The notes: a model not told the origin generated them from the letters alone. Shown: positions 1 through 10,413, counted from the first letter of the stretch. The stretch: DNA of 64,000 bases from Candidatus Bathyarchaeota archaeon (GCA_963707955.1 OY970176.1:1376001-1440000); one strand, 5' to 3'. Made by a program: numbers and translations.

Positions 1-567
1 GGCAGCAGCCTCAAAATAACAGCCTCTGACAACTACACCAAGACCCTCAGTTATGATGAAGTGAACGGCAATTTCACAACATTCGACACTGTGACAGGTC
101 AACAAGTGCCTCACAATCAATCTCTCACCCCGATTCTGGCATACTACTTTAACGGTGCAAACCTTTCCTCAGACGAAGGCTCCCTACTCCTTGCGATCGT
201 TGGACCAGAACAACTGGCCACGGAGGCCCCATACTGGGTGAAATTTGTGGTGAAAATGGAAATACTCAGTGCGCCCGCGCCAGCAGAGTTTCCATGGTTG
301 CTACTGATAATACCTGTTGTCATGTTCGTGGCCATAATCGCAGCCGCAATTTACAGGAAAAGAGGTTCTAAACGGTCGGCAGAGCAAGTGCCGCAAATCT
401 TAAAGAATGGATCATCACACATTTCAACATCTCAGAATACCAGATACCGCGCCAGAATGAGCAGAGCCGTGACAAAAAGGCCCAGCGCGATAAGAACAAC
501 GTTCAACAGCCTTGCTTCTTCCACTCCCCACCGTGTCAAAGCGGTTTTCAATCCGATCAGCACGTGA
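1..567 (+). CDS. 5'-truncated membrane-anchored protein with a molybdopterin-oxidoreductase-like (Oxidored_molyb-like) domain
   Basis: Frame 1 is open from base 1; ITASDNY...ILAYYFNG...EGSLLLAIVG...YWVKFV resembles the sulfite-oxidase-family Mo domain; then a TM helix (WLLLIIPVVMFVAIIAAAIY) and basic residues. Confidence 0.55.
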   Translation, partial: GSSLKITASDNYTKTLSYDEVNGNFTTFDTVTGQQVPHNQSLTPILAYYFNGANLSSDEGSLLLAIVGPEQLATEAPYWVKFVVKMEILSAPAPAEFPWLLLIIPVVMFVAIIAAAIYRKRGSKRSAEQVPQILKNGSSHISTSQNTRYRARMSRAVTKRPSAIRTTFNSLASSTPHRVKAVFNPIST

Positions 568-812
568 ATCACCAGCAATATGAGAACGGGCACGGCCAGA
601 TTCAGATGCCAGTACAATGAGCGGCTGAACGTGAACACGCCTCCTGTCAGTTCGCTCGTCATTCTCGAGTTTGTGATACCGAATCCTGAAATCACAAAGA
701 TTATCAAAAGCACCACAGTGGGCCAAACGAGAAGACGGTTAAGTCTCTGCAAGTAGTTACTGCTTGGTTTTGTCAACGCCCCCTTGCCCTTGAAGCAGCT
801 ATCTTTGCGCAA
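432..812 (-). CDS. Small 3-TM membrane protein with His residues (cytochrome b-like / DUF4405-like)
   Basis: Three hydrophobic helices; YWH...VIH His spacing typical of heme-b membrane domains. Confidence 0.55.
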   Translation of the reverse strand: MRKDSCFKGKGALTKPSSNYLQRLNRLLVWPTVVLLIIFVISGFGITNSRMTSELTGGVFTFSRSLYWHLNLAVPVLILLVIHVLIGLKTALTRWGVEEARLLNVVLIALGLFVTALLILARYLVF

Positions 813-995
813 GCAATTAAAGTCTTCTCAATTATGCATTCGTCGCGCTCTGTAAGGTTTCAGCAAGCGCACGCTGTGGGGGGTTAGAATCCAACGCGCC
901 AGCCCGTTCACCTGCAAACCAGCCGCGCGCGCTAAGACGCGCAATTTTCCAAAAGTCATTTATATCTTGGGGGTAAGAGTGAAGAACGATCTGAG

Positions 996-1313
996 ATGAA
1001 GTTCTTGATAATTACTAAGATGAGACAGACCAGTGTGGATGTCTGGGCTAAGCTTCTTCCGGCACACTTCAAGTATCTTGATGCTTTGGAAAAGAAGAAG
1101 GCTGTTGAGGTTTCGTATCATCTGATAGGTCATCAGGGCGATGTTCTGATTGTGAACGCAGACTCAGATGAAGAGCTGGCAAGCATAGTGGGTGAAGACC
1201 CGCTGTTCTTCTACACTGAAAGAGAAATTTACCCGCTTACCACACGCGAGGTTCACAAGCGAAGACTGGAAGAGATTTTTGGAAAGACCAGTGCACACAC
1301 TCGAACGTCTTAG
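996..1313 (+). CDS. Muconolactone isomerase/YCII-like dimeric alpha-beta barrel protein
   Basis: MKFLII...AHFKY...G.VLIVNADSDEEL..IVGEDPL pattern; TATA-like TTTATA near 959. Confidence 0.55.
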   Translation: MKFLIITKMRQTSVDVWAKLLPAHFKYLDALEKKKAVEVSYHLIGHQGDVLIVNADSDEELASIVGEDPLFFYTEREIYPLTTREVHKRRLEEIFGKTSAHTRTS

Positions 1314-1325
1314 GACCGCGAGTTT

Positions 1326-2516
1326 CTAATCGGTGAGGGAGTGATGCCAGTTGATTATGTATTCGGGCAGCTTTAACCCTTTTTCTCCCAGTCTCTCGAC
1401 GAGTCTGACTGGCAGTGGGCTCAGGACGTACGCTGTCCTCATGTAGAACCTTCTAGGTTGTCCTGGCTTAGTTTCTTCATCCAACACTATTTGCAGGTCT
1501 GACTTTTCAGTCAGAGTGGATTTTCTTGTTCCGGTGATTGAAAGAACCGTTCCATTCATTTTCTTCAAAGTGTCTGCCCAGGCTATGACAGGCTTGGTTT
1601 CACCAGAGAAGGACACTAGAATTTCAAGGTCGCCCGGTCTCGGAGGCGGCGTGTTCACGCCTCTGGCTATGTACACATTGTCTCCTAGCGTGCTCTTGAT
1701 GTGAAAGAGCCTTACTGCAACCATCTTGACTATTTCGCTTCCAGTACCTTTTCCGCCGAGAAACACGCTTGTCCGTTTTTCCAAGATGTCGACAAGATGC
1801 GTGTAGACTTCAGACTCAACTATTGAGTCTACCAACGGCGCCAGCGTGGCAAACTCTTCTTCGCAGAGATGAAACACTTCACTTGCCTCCAAGTTTCGAA
1901 AAATGGCTTCCGTCATCATGGATAGAAGAAGAAGACTGCCCAATTCGAAGACATCGCCCATGATGCCTGTCTTGCCATAATCAAGCGAAGGCTTCGCCCT
2001 CCCTCGGCCTCTCAGCTCAATAACATGCCCACTTTTTGAGACGATTTCTGCTAATGGTGAACCTAAGTTAGACGTAATGAGCCCTATAGAAAACTTGGAC
2101 GTCTTCTTCTCGCCAATATACCTGCAAAGATCCTGTGCCAGCACCAATGGGTCTCCAGACACGCCGCTGCCGGAGTTTATCAAGAGCAACGTCTTGTTGT
2201 ACCGCCTTTCAAGCTCTGCCGCAGCATCGTACATGTTTTTTCCCGGAAAACCCGGGTCATCCGGGGTTAGCACGGCCTTGTTCCTCCACCCTATGTGGCT
2301 GATCGCAATCTGACTCATCGCTGCATTAAGGGAATAAAGCGACCTGCCAGACCCACCGCAGACCACGCAGTCAGCAGCCTTGAGGTCTTCGTACAAAGGG
2401 ATTAGCTCTCTCTTTCTAACGTTAACCAGGTTGTCCATGATCCTGTTGATGTACCCAATGCGGCTGACCTTGCTTCTGATCTCCCTCACGCTCGGTTTGA
2501 TCAAAAACTCAGCCAT
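1326..2516 (-). CDS. Tandem SIS-domain sugar-phosphate isomerase (6-phospho-3-hexuloisomerase-like)
   Basis: Two SIS repeats: GGSGRS...NSGSG...MGDVFE and GGKGTG...VSFSGET...ITG..KSTL. Confidence 0.75.
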   Translation of the reverse strand: MAEFLIKPSVREIRSKVSRIGYINRIMDNLVNVRKRELIPLYEDLKAADCVVCGGSGRSLYSLNAAMSQIAISHIGWRNKAVLTPDDPGFPGKNMYDAAAELERRYNKTLLLINSGSGVSGDPLVLAQDLCRYIGEKKTSKFSIGLITSNLGSPLAEIVSKSGHVIELRGRGRAKPSLDYGKTGIMGDVFELGSLLLLSMMTEAIFRNLEASEVFHLCEEEFATLAPLVDSIVESEVYTHLVDILEKRTSVFLGGKGTGSEIVKMVAVRLFHIKSTLGDNVYIARGVNTPPPRPGDLEILVSFSGETKPVIAWADTLKKMNGTVLSITGTRKSTLTEKSDLQIVLDEETKPGQPRRFYMRTAYVLSPLPVRLVERLGEKGLKLPEYIINWHHSLTD

Positions 2517-2555
2517 TCTATATTTGTCTTGCGCACGCTTGAGACCGTAACAAAG

Positions 2556-3596
2556 TCAGCTGAATCGCTTCTTCAGTCCGTGCGCGCTTGACCGATAGGC
2601 AGCTTCTACGATCATGCTCTTGGCTTCGCTTCTCTTACTCGGATCAACCTTGCAGGTGATCTCAAACTCGATGATCTCTCGGTCAAGTGAAGAATACAGC
2701 AAAGTCGGAATTGACTTGAAGGTTTCAGGGTTTGAACCTGCCATGTCCCTTATTGCCTTTGCGACTTTCTCAGGGTCCCAGTCAACTTTGAGCGAGAATT
2801 TCACCACGTCATCGAAGCCCGGACTTATTCTTGCCACAGCCACAGAACCGGTGAGAACACTGTTGTTCAAAAAGGTCAGTTCTCTACCTGAGTCCAACAG
2901 AATCTTCGTGTAGAATTGATTAAGCTCTCTGACCACACCCTCCGCACTCAAGTAGGTTGTGTAGACCCGGTCGCCCAAAGAATACGGAAGTCTACTCTGC
3001 AAGACGGTTTCGTGCCCCGACACCTTCGTAACGATTACCGCCCCCTGGGTTATCGCAGCGTTAGGGATAACCATCTGGCCTCCAGCATAATTCATTATCC
3101 GCGTGGTCATCGCCGTTATCTCCACTATCTTGCCAGGAACATTATTCACCAGAACATCATCGCCTACTCTGTAGGGGTTGGTCATGAGCACTAACGTCCC
3201 AGCCAGGATGTTTCCGGCGAAGGTGGATATGACGAGGCCCAAGACGATCGAGACTACGCCTCCGCCCACCAGCAGTGTTGTCGGCGGAACATGAAATATG
3301 TTCAGGACGGCAAAGATCATGACGATAACGACTAGGATAACAATGAAGAATTGGAAGACTGTCGCAGGATGAACACCGACGCGGCTCGCTATGAGAGACT
3401 TGAAGCGCCGTATGAAAAGTATGATTATCGAGCCGAAAGCGACGACTAGCACGGTTCTAATCGTCTGCACAAACAGGACGGAGAGCTTTGTCGACTCAGC
3501 GACCAGCTGGTCAAAAACGAGCGCGATGCTCAGCGTTACTCCTGCCAGAAGAACCAAAACTAACAAGAACCTCTTGAGAGAATTCACAAGGCCCAT
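2556..3596 (-). CDS. Small-conductance mechanosensitive channel (MscS family)
   Basis: TM helices followed by GNILAG...PYRVGD.V.V..V.GKIVEI....TRI...G..MVIPN. Confidence 0.85.
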   Translation of the reverse strand: MGLVNSLKRFLLVLVLLAGVTLSIALVFDQLVAESTKLSVLFVQTIRTVLVVAFGSIIILFIRRFKSLIASRVGVHPATVFQFFIVILVVIVMIFAVLNIFHVPPTTLLVGGGVVSIVLGLVISTFAGNILAGTLVLMTNPYRVGDDVLVNNVPGKIVEITAMTTRIMNYAGGQMVIPNAAITQGAVIVTKVSGHETVLQSRLPYSLGDRVYTTYLSAEGVVRELNQFYTKILLDSGRELTFLNNSVLTGSVAVARISPGFDDVVKFSLKVDWDPEKVAKAIRDMAGSNPETFKSIPTLLYSSLDREIIEFEITCKVDPSKRSEAKSMIVEAAYRSSAHGLKKRFS

Positions 3597-3696
3597 TGAT
3601 CAAGCACCCTCTTTGCTGCCATTCTATCACCCAGAGGTTGCTCTAAAGATTTCGCGCGAAAAAAAATTGTGGAAAATGTATCTGCCGTAAGTCTTG

Positions 3697-3939
3697 CTAG
3701 AAACCTATTATCAGCGTCTCTGTGGAAACTACTCCGTTGATGCCCCTTATGCAATCGGTGACTAGTTTTCCCAAGTCGTCAAGCGTCTTTGTCTCCACTT
3801 TGATGACGAAGTCCCAACGTCCAAAGACTCCGTAAACGTCTTTGACACCCTTGGTCTTGCTGAGTATCTCTCTGATCGTCTTGGTGAAACTCATAGCTTC
3901 ACTGGTGCCTACTCTGACTAACACGAAAGACTCAACCAT
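3697..3939 (-). CDS. Stand-alone Lrp/AsnC ligand-binding (RAM) domain protein
   Basis: FVLVRV...GVKDVYGVFGRWDFVIKVE...IRGINGVVSTETLI; ATG at 3939 preceded by GGTG. Confidence 0.85.
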   Translation of the reverse strand: MVESFVLVRVGTSEAMSFTKTIREILSKTKGVKDVYGVFGRWDFVIKVETKTLDDLGKLVTDCIRGINGVVSTETLIIGF

Positions 3940-4049
3940 TTTGAACACCTTTGAACCCATATGCGTTGAAAGCATAAATTCCTTGCGCAAAGAAAAAGCA
4001 ATTCTCACAAACTGTGCCGAACATGATCTTGCAGTGCGCGTACTGTCTC

Positions 4050-5657
4050 TTAGCTCTGGCTTCCTAAAGCGCGATTCAGAGCGTCGATCACGTTTTGTTT
4101 TCCCATAGCAATTATGTAGGGTCCAAGTCTTGGACCTTGAGGCGCACCCAAGAGGACCGTGTAAATCGTCTTGAAGAAGCTGCTCGGCTGCAAACCGTGC
4201 TTTTTGGCGGTGTTGAATACGGCGTTCTGTATTTTTTCCGGTTCATTTTCAGCCGCCAGCATCTTTACCAGTTCTGTCATTGCAACTCTTTCCTCTTCTT
4301 TCAAGGGAACTGATGCTTCCTTAATCTCTTCAAAATCTCTTGCCCAATTGAATGCGTACTCAACGCGTTTCCTCGAAGCCTCATCCAATGTTTGTCCTTG
4401 CTTCAAGTAGCCGTAGCTTCGAAGCTTATCAACGACGTATTCTTCCTCACTGCCCTTGGGAGCGACTTTTGCCAAGTAAGTTAGCAAGTTGTACGGTACG
4501 TGCAGGCTTGGTTTCGCTGGAACGTGCAATGCAAAGCAGTACTCGTATAAACCCGTCAACTTTGCGCGTTCACGCTCGTCTTTTGCCGCCTTCTTTCCGA
4601 AGTACACGTCTTCCAGAGAGTCCAGCTCGTCCATGTATGTCGGGATGTCTGTAACGTCTAACGCACGAGCACCGACGAATCGTTTCAGCAGCAGAAGCAT
4701 GACCGACTGTGGAGAACCATACTTGAACCATGTTTGCGGTGTCAACAAGAATCCAGCCGACTTTGAGAACCTCCTGCCGCTCTTGCCCAAGAACAGCTCG
4801 TATTTCGCGTGCACGGGCGGCTCCCAGTTCAATATCTCGCGGCAGATGCGGTCGTTGACTCGCACAGAGTCGGCAACATCTTTTCCGAAAGCCTCAAACC
4901 TGATGTCCAAGGCTTTCCACCGAACAGCAAACTCGCCCTTCCAGCTGAGTTTACCCATGCCACTTCTGTAGTCGACTTCTCCCTGGTGGCCGCAGCCCTC
5001 CAGCCATCGCCCCTTGACCTCCATACCTTCGCATTTGTAAAGAATCTTGTTCTCTTTTGGCAAAAAATCATAGGCTTTAGTCGTGTATATGCGGCCGCAG
5101 TTTTCACAAACAGCAAAGTAAGGCAGAGCTTCGAGAAACTTTTCTTGGCCGATCTCCTCTTTGACTATTTCTCCTATTCTCTTTGCATCTAGAAGCATCG
5201 TCCTGATCTCTTCGTTGAACAAGCCTTTCCTATAGACTTCAGTGGCAGACATGAACTTGTAATCGATACCGCACTTGTCTAAGGCCTCGCGCAGAAGAAG
5301 GGACATGTGTTCTCCGTAGCTGCCGTGACAGCCGTAAAAGTCAGGAATGTCCGTTACGGGTCGACCCAAGTGCTCTTTCAGCGAATCGGGCATTCCAGCA
5401 GGAACCTTTCGCAACCCATCTTTATCATCGCTGAAAGCGACAAGTTCAGAGTTAAAGCCCTGCTCTCTAAGCGCTAATGTCACAGCAAAAGACCTGGCCG
5501 CGTCACTCAGGTTGCCCACGTGAGGGAAACCCGAAGCAGCTATGCCCATTTCGGTTCTGACCAAGTTCAAGCTTCTTCCAAGCTTCCGCTCCCTAGTCAC
5601 CACTTTTGCGGCCATCTTATCGTACCACGTGCCGTGACCGATTATCTTCTCGCTCAT
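4050..5657 (-). CDS. lysS: Lysine--tRNA ligase, class I
   Basis: SGFPHVGN, DDKDGLRKVP, CENCG...GCGH, GKLSWK, FSKS, GPRLG motifs. Confidence 0.97.
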   Translation of the reverse strand: MSEKIIGHGTWYDKMAAKVVTRERKLGRSLNLVRTEMGIAASGFPHVGNLSDAARSFAVTLALREQGFNSELVAFSDDKDGLRKVPAGMPDSLKEHLGRPVTDIPDFYGCHGSYGEHMSLLLREALDKCGIDYKFMSATEVYRKGLFNEEIRTMLLDAKRIGEIVKEEIGQEKFLEALPYFAVCENCGRIYTTKAYDFLPKENKILYKCEGMEVKGRWLEGCGHQGEVDYRSGMGKLSWKGEFAVRWKALDIRFEAFGKDVADSVRVNDRICREILNWEPPVHAKYELFLGKSGRRFSKSAGFLLTPQTWFKYGSPQSVMLLLLKRFVGARALDVTDIPTYMDELDSLEDVYFGKKAAKDERERAKLTGLYEYCFALHVPAKPSLHVPYNLLTYLAKVAPKGSEEEYVVDKLRSYGYLKQGQTLDEASRKRVEYAFNWARDFEEIKEASVPLKEEERVAMTELVKMLAAENEPEKIQNAVFNTAKKHGLQPSSFFKTIYTVLLGAPQGPRLGPYIIAMGKQNVIDALNRALGSQS

Positions 5658-5777
5658 GCCGAACCGTGCTCTCTCATAGCATAAACCGGATGCAGATAAA
5701 AATGTTGCATAATAGCATCACATCTGGCACTTGCAAGAAAGAGGATGGAAGCGATAGATGTGAAAGATGGGAGTTGG

Positions 5778-6827
5778 CTACTTCAGTTTTGCTCCGCAGT
5801 TGGGGCAGAACTTTGTCCCTGCAGGGGCCTCAGTTCCGCATTTCGCACATTTCACAGTTGCTTGCATTTGGGCTCCGCAGCTGACACAGAACTTCGCAGT
5901 GGTCGGGTTTGCAGTTCCACACTTGGGACAGTTGACAGTTGCTGCCGCCTGTGCACTTGACTGCATCGGTGCGCCGCAGCTGTTGCAGAACTTTGAAGCT
6001 TGTGGGTTCTGGAAACCGCATTTCGGGCACACTACCATGACCTGCCCTGCTTGACCTGCTGATTGTTGGAACACCGTTGGAATGAGCACTGCCCCAGTCC
6101 CGATCGCTGCTCCTCCTGTACTCTTTGACAGGCTTTCGCTTGCTTTTTGAACCGTCTCCATTCTGAGGACCTCTGCTGCGCTTACCCCCGTCTTCACGTA
6201 GAACAGCCTGTCCCTCCACTCTGGAGTGGTATCGATCCCTTCAAACTTTACCTCGATCAGTTCGAGGCCTATCCTGTGAAAGGCGTCGAACAGAACGTTC
6301 TTTGCAAGAAGACTTGTATCGTCCAGCTTGCCATAAACGTCTGAAAGCGTGTACTGACTCAGGTTGTCGATTAGCCTCTCGTTGAAGTAGCCTCTCAGGA
6401 AGTCTTGCAGTCCCTCCGTTGTAAACAGGCCCTGACCGGCGACCACCTCGTTCACGAAAAGGTTTACCTCTTCAACTCTGAACCAGAAGCCTCCGAAGAA
6501 CTTCAGAGGTGCGAGCTCCTTAGTCTGTCCTTGCGCTCCGAACTTGCCCTGGAACTGTTTCATCGACACAAAGAATATCGTAGAAAGAAAAGGACTTCTG
6601 TTGAACCCTGCGATCTTGGAGAGGGTATTTGTCAACAGTGGAAGGTTTACTGTAGACAGCACATGGCGTCCCGCCGTGAACACGTCGTAGGCTTTTCCGT
6701 CTCTGAAGAACACTGCCGCTTCGTACTCGTGGACTATGAGGTTGTCTCCCCAACCGATCTCCTCGGTGGGATACTTCCAGACCATGTCTCCGTCTTTCGC
6801 TCCAACCCATTCGATAACTTTTGGCAT
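5778..6827 (-). CDS. SPFH/band-7 (YdjI-like) protein with C-terminal zinc-ribbon repeats
   Basis: VIEW...LIVHEYEAAVFFRDGK...GRHVLSTVNLP; three CxxCG-x(n)-KFCxxCG repeats. Confidence 0.9.
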   Translation of the reverse strand: MPKVIEWVGAKDGDMVWKYPTEEIGWGDNLIVHEYEAAVFFRDGKAYDVFTAGRHVLSTVNLPLLTNTLSKIAGFNRSPFLSTIFFVSMKQFQGKFGAQGQTKELAPLKFFGGFWFRVEEVNLFVNEVVAGQGLFTTEGLQDFLRGYFNERLIDNLSQYTLSDVYGKLDDTSLLAKNVLFDAFHRIGLELIEVKFEGIDTTPEWRDRLFYVKTGVSAAEVLRMETVQKASESLSKSTGGAAIGTGAVLIPTVFQQSAGQAGQVMVVCPKCGFQNPQASKFCNSCGAPMQSSAQAAATVNCPKCGTANPTTAKFCVSCGAQMQATVKCAKCGTEAPAGTKFCPNCGAKLK

Positions 6828-6855
6828 TCAACTCACCTCCTTACCGCTTCCCAGG

Positions 6856-7392
6856 TCACCCTGCTAACGCTCTGAGCATCTCTGACCTCTTGTCGATAAA
6901 AGCGTCAAATTCTTCAACCTTGGCCGTCAGCGCGTCCATCGCTGTTCCCCAGTCGTCGTTTCCGGGCTGCATCTTGGCGACCTGTTCACTGCCGGCTCTT
7001 ATCTCTTCGGCTTTCTCTATCAAGCCCACGTCGTACTGGAGCACCGCGTCAAGCTTGTCTTCTTTGACCTTAATCGCGTCGAACATGCCCGCGTACCCCG
7101 CGATTGCCCTGTCCACTCTCTGGGTGACTCTGTCAAGACGAGAGTTGAAAGCGTCGATCCTGAACGCGTCACCTTGAGAAAGTTTTTGAACCATTTCTGG
7201 GTTTGCAAAAACCATTCTGATCGGGTTCTTGGCAGCCCTGAGTCTGCTGACGGCTTCTGTCCTTACAAGACGGTCGCTTTCGCGTCTCAGCTCCTTTTCC
7301 TTGTAGCCTCTGTACCCGGGGATGTAGCTCATTATCCTTTCAAGAAGAGTGCTTTCGCCCTGTACCTTTTCCAGATAGTCTTTTCCACTCAT
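6856..7392 (-). CDS. Conserved all-helical hypothetical protein of the SPFH operon
   Basis: IPGYRGYKEKELRRESDRLVR...GYAGMFDAIKV; overlaps the upstream gene by 4 nt. Confidence 0.75.
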   Translation of the reverse strand: MSGKDYLEKVQGESTLLERIMSYIPGYRGYKEKELRRESDRLVRTEAVSRLRAAKNPIRMVFANPEMVQKLSQGDAFRIDAFNSRLDRVTQRVDRAIAGYAGMFDAIKVKEDKLDAVLQYDVGLIEKAEEIRAGSEQVAKMQPGNDDWGTAMDALTAKVEEFDAFIDKRSEMLRALAG

Positions 7393-7730
7393 TTTCTACC
7401 CTTCATATATGATGCTAGTCCTATCACTGCGAGAGCTATGAGCAGTACTCCCAGGACAAGTACGGCTGGTATAAAGTTGTAGAAACCTGAAATGATGCCG
7501 AGGGCAACCATCACTGTTCCCCAGACGAGATAATACGTTGTATCGCCACTTACTGCAAATGAGTAGACAACAGTGTACACTCCCCAAGGACCGATGAACC
7601 ATGCAACGAGGTTGTATGCGTTGAATGCAAGTATGCCGAGGCTGTATACTATCGCGGCGACGCCGAGTGAAATGGCTATGATGGCAAGAGCTCCGACGCC
7701 GTAGCTGAAGCGCGTTCGTTGGGTTTTCAT
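7389..7730 (-). CDS. Small 4-TM membrane protein
   Basis: Four hydrophobic segments; ATGA overlap with the next gene. Confidence 0.75.
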   Translation of the reverse strand: MKTQRTRFSYGVGALAIIAISLGVAAIVYSLGILAFNAYNLVAWFIGPWGVYTVVYSFAVSGDTTYYLVWGTVMVALGIISGFYNFIPAVLVLGVLLIALAVIGLASYMKGRK

Positions 7731-7789
7731 TCTGTTTTCCTCGCAGTTTTTATTCGACTACTAGTTATATCGTTGCTTTTAAAGTTTGA

Positions 7790-8542
7790 TTAGAGTATTC
7801 CGAAGCCCGCGGGTGGAATGTCGCCCTTTATGGCGGTCCCCGTTGCGCCGTCCACGATCAGCTGGTAATCCTTGCCCTTGTACTCGTATTTTACAAACCA
7901 TAATGGCGCGTGCAGGTAGACTGTCTCTTGTATCTTCACTTCGGTCTTCATGTCAATTATCTTGTCCACGTCTTGCTTAACCAGAAATCGATGGTTGCCT
8001 TCAATCTCCTGCTTTGCCTGCTCTTCAGCATTGTTCTTGTCCATTTCGCTGTTAAGAACTTTTGCGAAAGCTTCAATCCTCCGGAAGTCGTAAGGGATCT
8101 TGCCTTCCAGCGGAACCTCGTAATCCCTCGTTGGAAACTCCGTTGCCTTCCTTGCCAGCACGAGCCAATCGTACTCTTTCTTGATTGTTCCTTCCTTTTC
8201 GACAGCAGGAGTTATCCGCTCGAAAATTCCCTTGTAACTGCTCTTGGCCTCGATTGACACGACCCAGAACGGTAGGTAAATCAGTTCTTTCTCGACCATC
8301 TTTGATTTCCTCGCGAGGTCTGAGGGTTTTAGAAAACCCTCCCGCATCCAGCTTCTGACCGGTTCCTCGATCTGCGTCGGGTCGTACTTGTTGAGCAAAA
8401 GAGAGTGTTCAAAAGTGAAAGGCTGTCCAGTCTCTATGACAACAGTGAAACCGCAGTACTTGCACGTTGCCAACATTTCGCCTGGCTCGAACGCTATGGG
8501 CGCGCCGCAGTGTGAACATTTTATCTCCTGTACCACACCCAT
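7790..8542 (-). CDS. Zn-ribbon protein (YdjG-like)
   Basis: CSHCGA...CKYCG, YLPFW, HAPLW...VDGATG. Confidence 0.8.
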   Translation of the reverse strand: MGVVQEIKCSHCGAPIAFEPGEMLATCKYCGFTVVIETGQPFTFEHSLLLNKYDPTQIEEPVRSWMREGFLKPSDLARKSKMVEKELIYLPFWVVSIEAKSSYKGIFERITPAVEKEGTIKKEYDWLVLARKATEFPTRDYEVPLEGKIPYDFRRIEAFAKVLNSEMDKNNAEEQAKQEIEGNHRFLVKQDVDKIIDMKTEVKIQETVYLHAPLWFVKYEYKGKDYQLIVDGATGTAIKGDIPPAGFGIL

Positions 8543-8547
8543 GCGCT

Positions 8548-9930
8548 CTATGCCTTCTGCTGCTCCCTCTTGACTATCTCTGTTGACGCGATTACGCCGG
8601 ACGCTGAAGCCTGAATCAGGCCTCTAGTTACGCCGGCTCCGTCTCCTACCGTGAAGAGGTTGTGAATCTTCGTTTCCAAACAATGGCTCAGCTGCAGCCT
8701 TGACGAGTAGAACTTGACCTCAATGCCGTACAACAGCGTGTCCCGCGAGTGCAGCCCCGGAGTGAGCTTGTCCAACGCTTGAAGCATCTCTCTTATGTCT
8801 GCAAGATAGCGGTAGGGCAACACGAAGCTCAGGTCACCGGGCGTCGCGTTCTTCAGCGTCGGAGTCACCACGCTTCGAGCGATCCTCTCAGGCGTGGACC
8901 TTCTTCCCGACTCCAAATCGCCGAGGCGTTGTACGATCACGCTTCCGCTGAGCAGGTTACCCAGCCTGGCAAGATATTTTCCGTACGCTATGGGTTCCTT
9001 GAAGGGCTCAGTGAACGACGTGCTCACCAGAATGGCGAAGTTCGTGTTCTCCGTCTTTCTCTCAGCATAACTTTGACCGTTGACCGTTAAAACCCCATCG
9101 TACGATTCGGTTATCACCTCACCATGAGGAGCAACGCAGAACGTTCGAACCTGGTCGTCGAAAGACTTTGAATAGTATATGAGCTTCGGCTCGTAAAGAA
9201 CGCTCGTCAGGTCTTCCATCACGGAGGCTAGCACTTCAACTCTTATTCCGACGTCAACGGGGTTGTTGAGCGTCTTCAAACCAAGAGCCTGAGCCTCCGT
9301 CTTAAGCCATTCAGCCCCGCTTCTTCCTGGACCAGCGATCACATACTTTGCAAGATACTTCTCGCCATTTGCAGTTTCAACGCCCTCCACAACGTTGTTC
9401 TTCACTATAAGGGCTTTCACGTCAGTTCTCGGTTTGAACTCAACCTTGCCGTTTAGTTCTTGCCGCATCTTTCGAAGCGTTTGGGCACATCTCTCGGTGC
9501 CCATGTGACGGATCTTCTGATGAACAAGCTTCAAACCCGCAAGCGATGCCTTGCGTTCAATCTCTTCTATCTTCTCGGCATCAGTGCCGTAAACGTGCTC
9601 AGGGGCCCCATACTTCAAGTAAATGCTGTCCGCGTAGTCCAAAAGCCCATGGAGTTCCTTTACAGAAACGTACTGGTCCAACCACCCGCCGACCTCCGTA
9701 GAAAGCGTGAGTTTCCCGTCACTGAAAGCTCCCGCTCCGCCCCACCCAGACAAGACCATGCATGGGTCACAGTTGACGCACTCGAAACCCCGGCTTGCAG
9801 GACACTTGCGCCGATTTATGTCGTGCCCTCTATCCAGCATCAGAATGCTCAGCTTGGTCTTTTCGGACAGTTCTAAGGCGGAGAATATCCCAGCAGGTCC
9901 CGCGCCGACAATTATCACATCATACTTCAA
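8548..9930 (-). CDS. FAD-dependent oxidoreductase (COG2509-like)
   Basis: GAGPAG, GWGGAGAFSDGKL, RHMGT, GIEVKFY, GDGAGVTRG. Confidence 0.9.
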   Translation of the reverse strand: MKYDVIIVGAGPAGIFSALELSEKTKLSILMLDRGHDINRRKCPASRGFECVNCDPCMVLSGWGGAGAFSDGKLTLSTEVGGWLDQYVSVKELHGLLDYADSIYLKYGAPEHVYGTDAEKIEEIERKASLAGLKLVHQKIRHMGTERCAQTLRKMRQELNGKVEFKPRTDVKALIVKNNVVEGVETANGEKYLAKYVIAGPGRSGAEWLKTEAQALGLKTLNNPVDVGIRVEVLASVMEDLTSVLYEPKLIYYSKSFDDQVRTFCVAPHGEVITESYDGVLTVNGQSYAERKTENTNFAILVSTSFTEPFKEPIAYGKYLARLGNLLSGSVIVQRLGDLESGRRSTPERIARSVVTPTLKNATPGDLSFVLPYRYLADIREMLQALDKLTPGLHSRDTLLYGIEVKFYSSRLQLSHCLETKIHNLFTVGDGAGVTRGLIQASASGVIASTEIVKREQQKA

Positions 9931-10023
9931 TGGGCTTATCCCCTGAAACCCAGAAGTAGATACAGTAACTAGGATATATTTCTAGCGAGTAGACGAAGAC
10001 GAAAACAAACTGAACCTGCTGCG

Positions 10024-10365
10024 TCACTCTTCATGGTAAGATACGACACAGATGAACTTCACGAGTTTCTTGCCCGTGTTCTTGAACTGATGCTTCTCGT
10101 TTGGCGGAACGAAAATAGCGTCGCCGGGCTTGAACTTCTTCTCTCCACCCTCGCCCTTAACGACGCCTTCGCCCTCTAGGATGAAAACCTCGTGTTCCCA
10201 ATCATGCGTGTGCAGTGGACTGTGACCATCAGGTTCCATCTCGAAAAGTCTCATGGCAAAATTTGGGGCGCCAATCTCTCTTGTGATGAGCCATCTCACT
10301 TTCAGTTTTGAAGACCCTTCATCCGCAGCTTTTGCTTCAACGTCCTTGTATGGAAACACTTTCAT
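10024..10365 (-). CDS. Cupin domain protein
   Basis: HSPLHTHDWEHEVFILEGEG...PNEKHQF. Confidence 0.92.
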   Translation of the reverse strand: MKVFPYKDVEAKAADEGSSKLKVRWLITREIGAPNFAMRLFEMEPDGHSPLHTHDWEHEVFILEGEGVVKGEGGEKKFKPGDAIFVPPNEKHQFKNTGKKLVKFICVVSYHEE

Positions 10366-10413
10366 TTCGATCACCGACCTAAGCTACAAACAATTATTGT
10401 TCAGCCACTTGCA

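Noticed and set aside
870-910. GGGGGTTAGAATCC resembling a tRNA T-arm
   Set aside because: No pairing T stem, acceptor stem or anticodon arm can be built.
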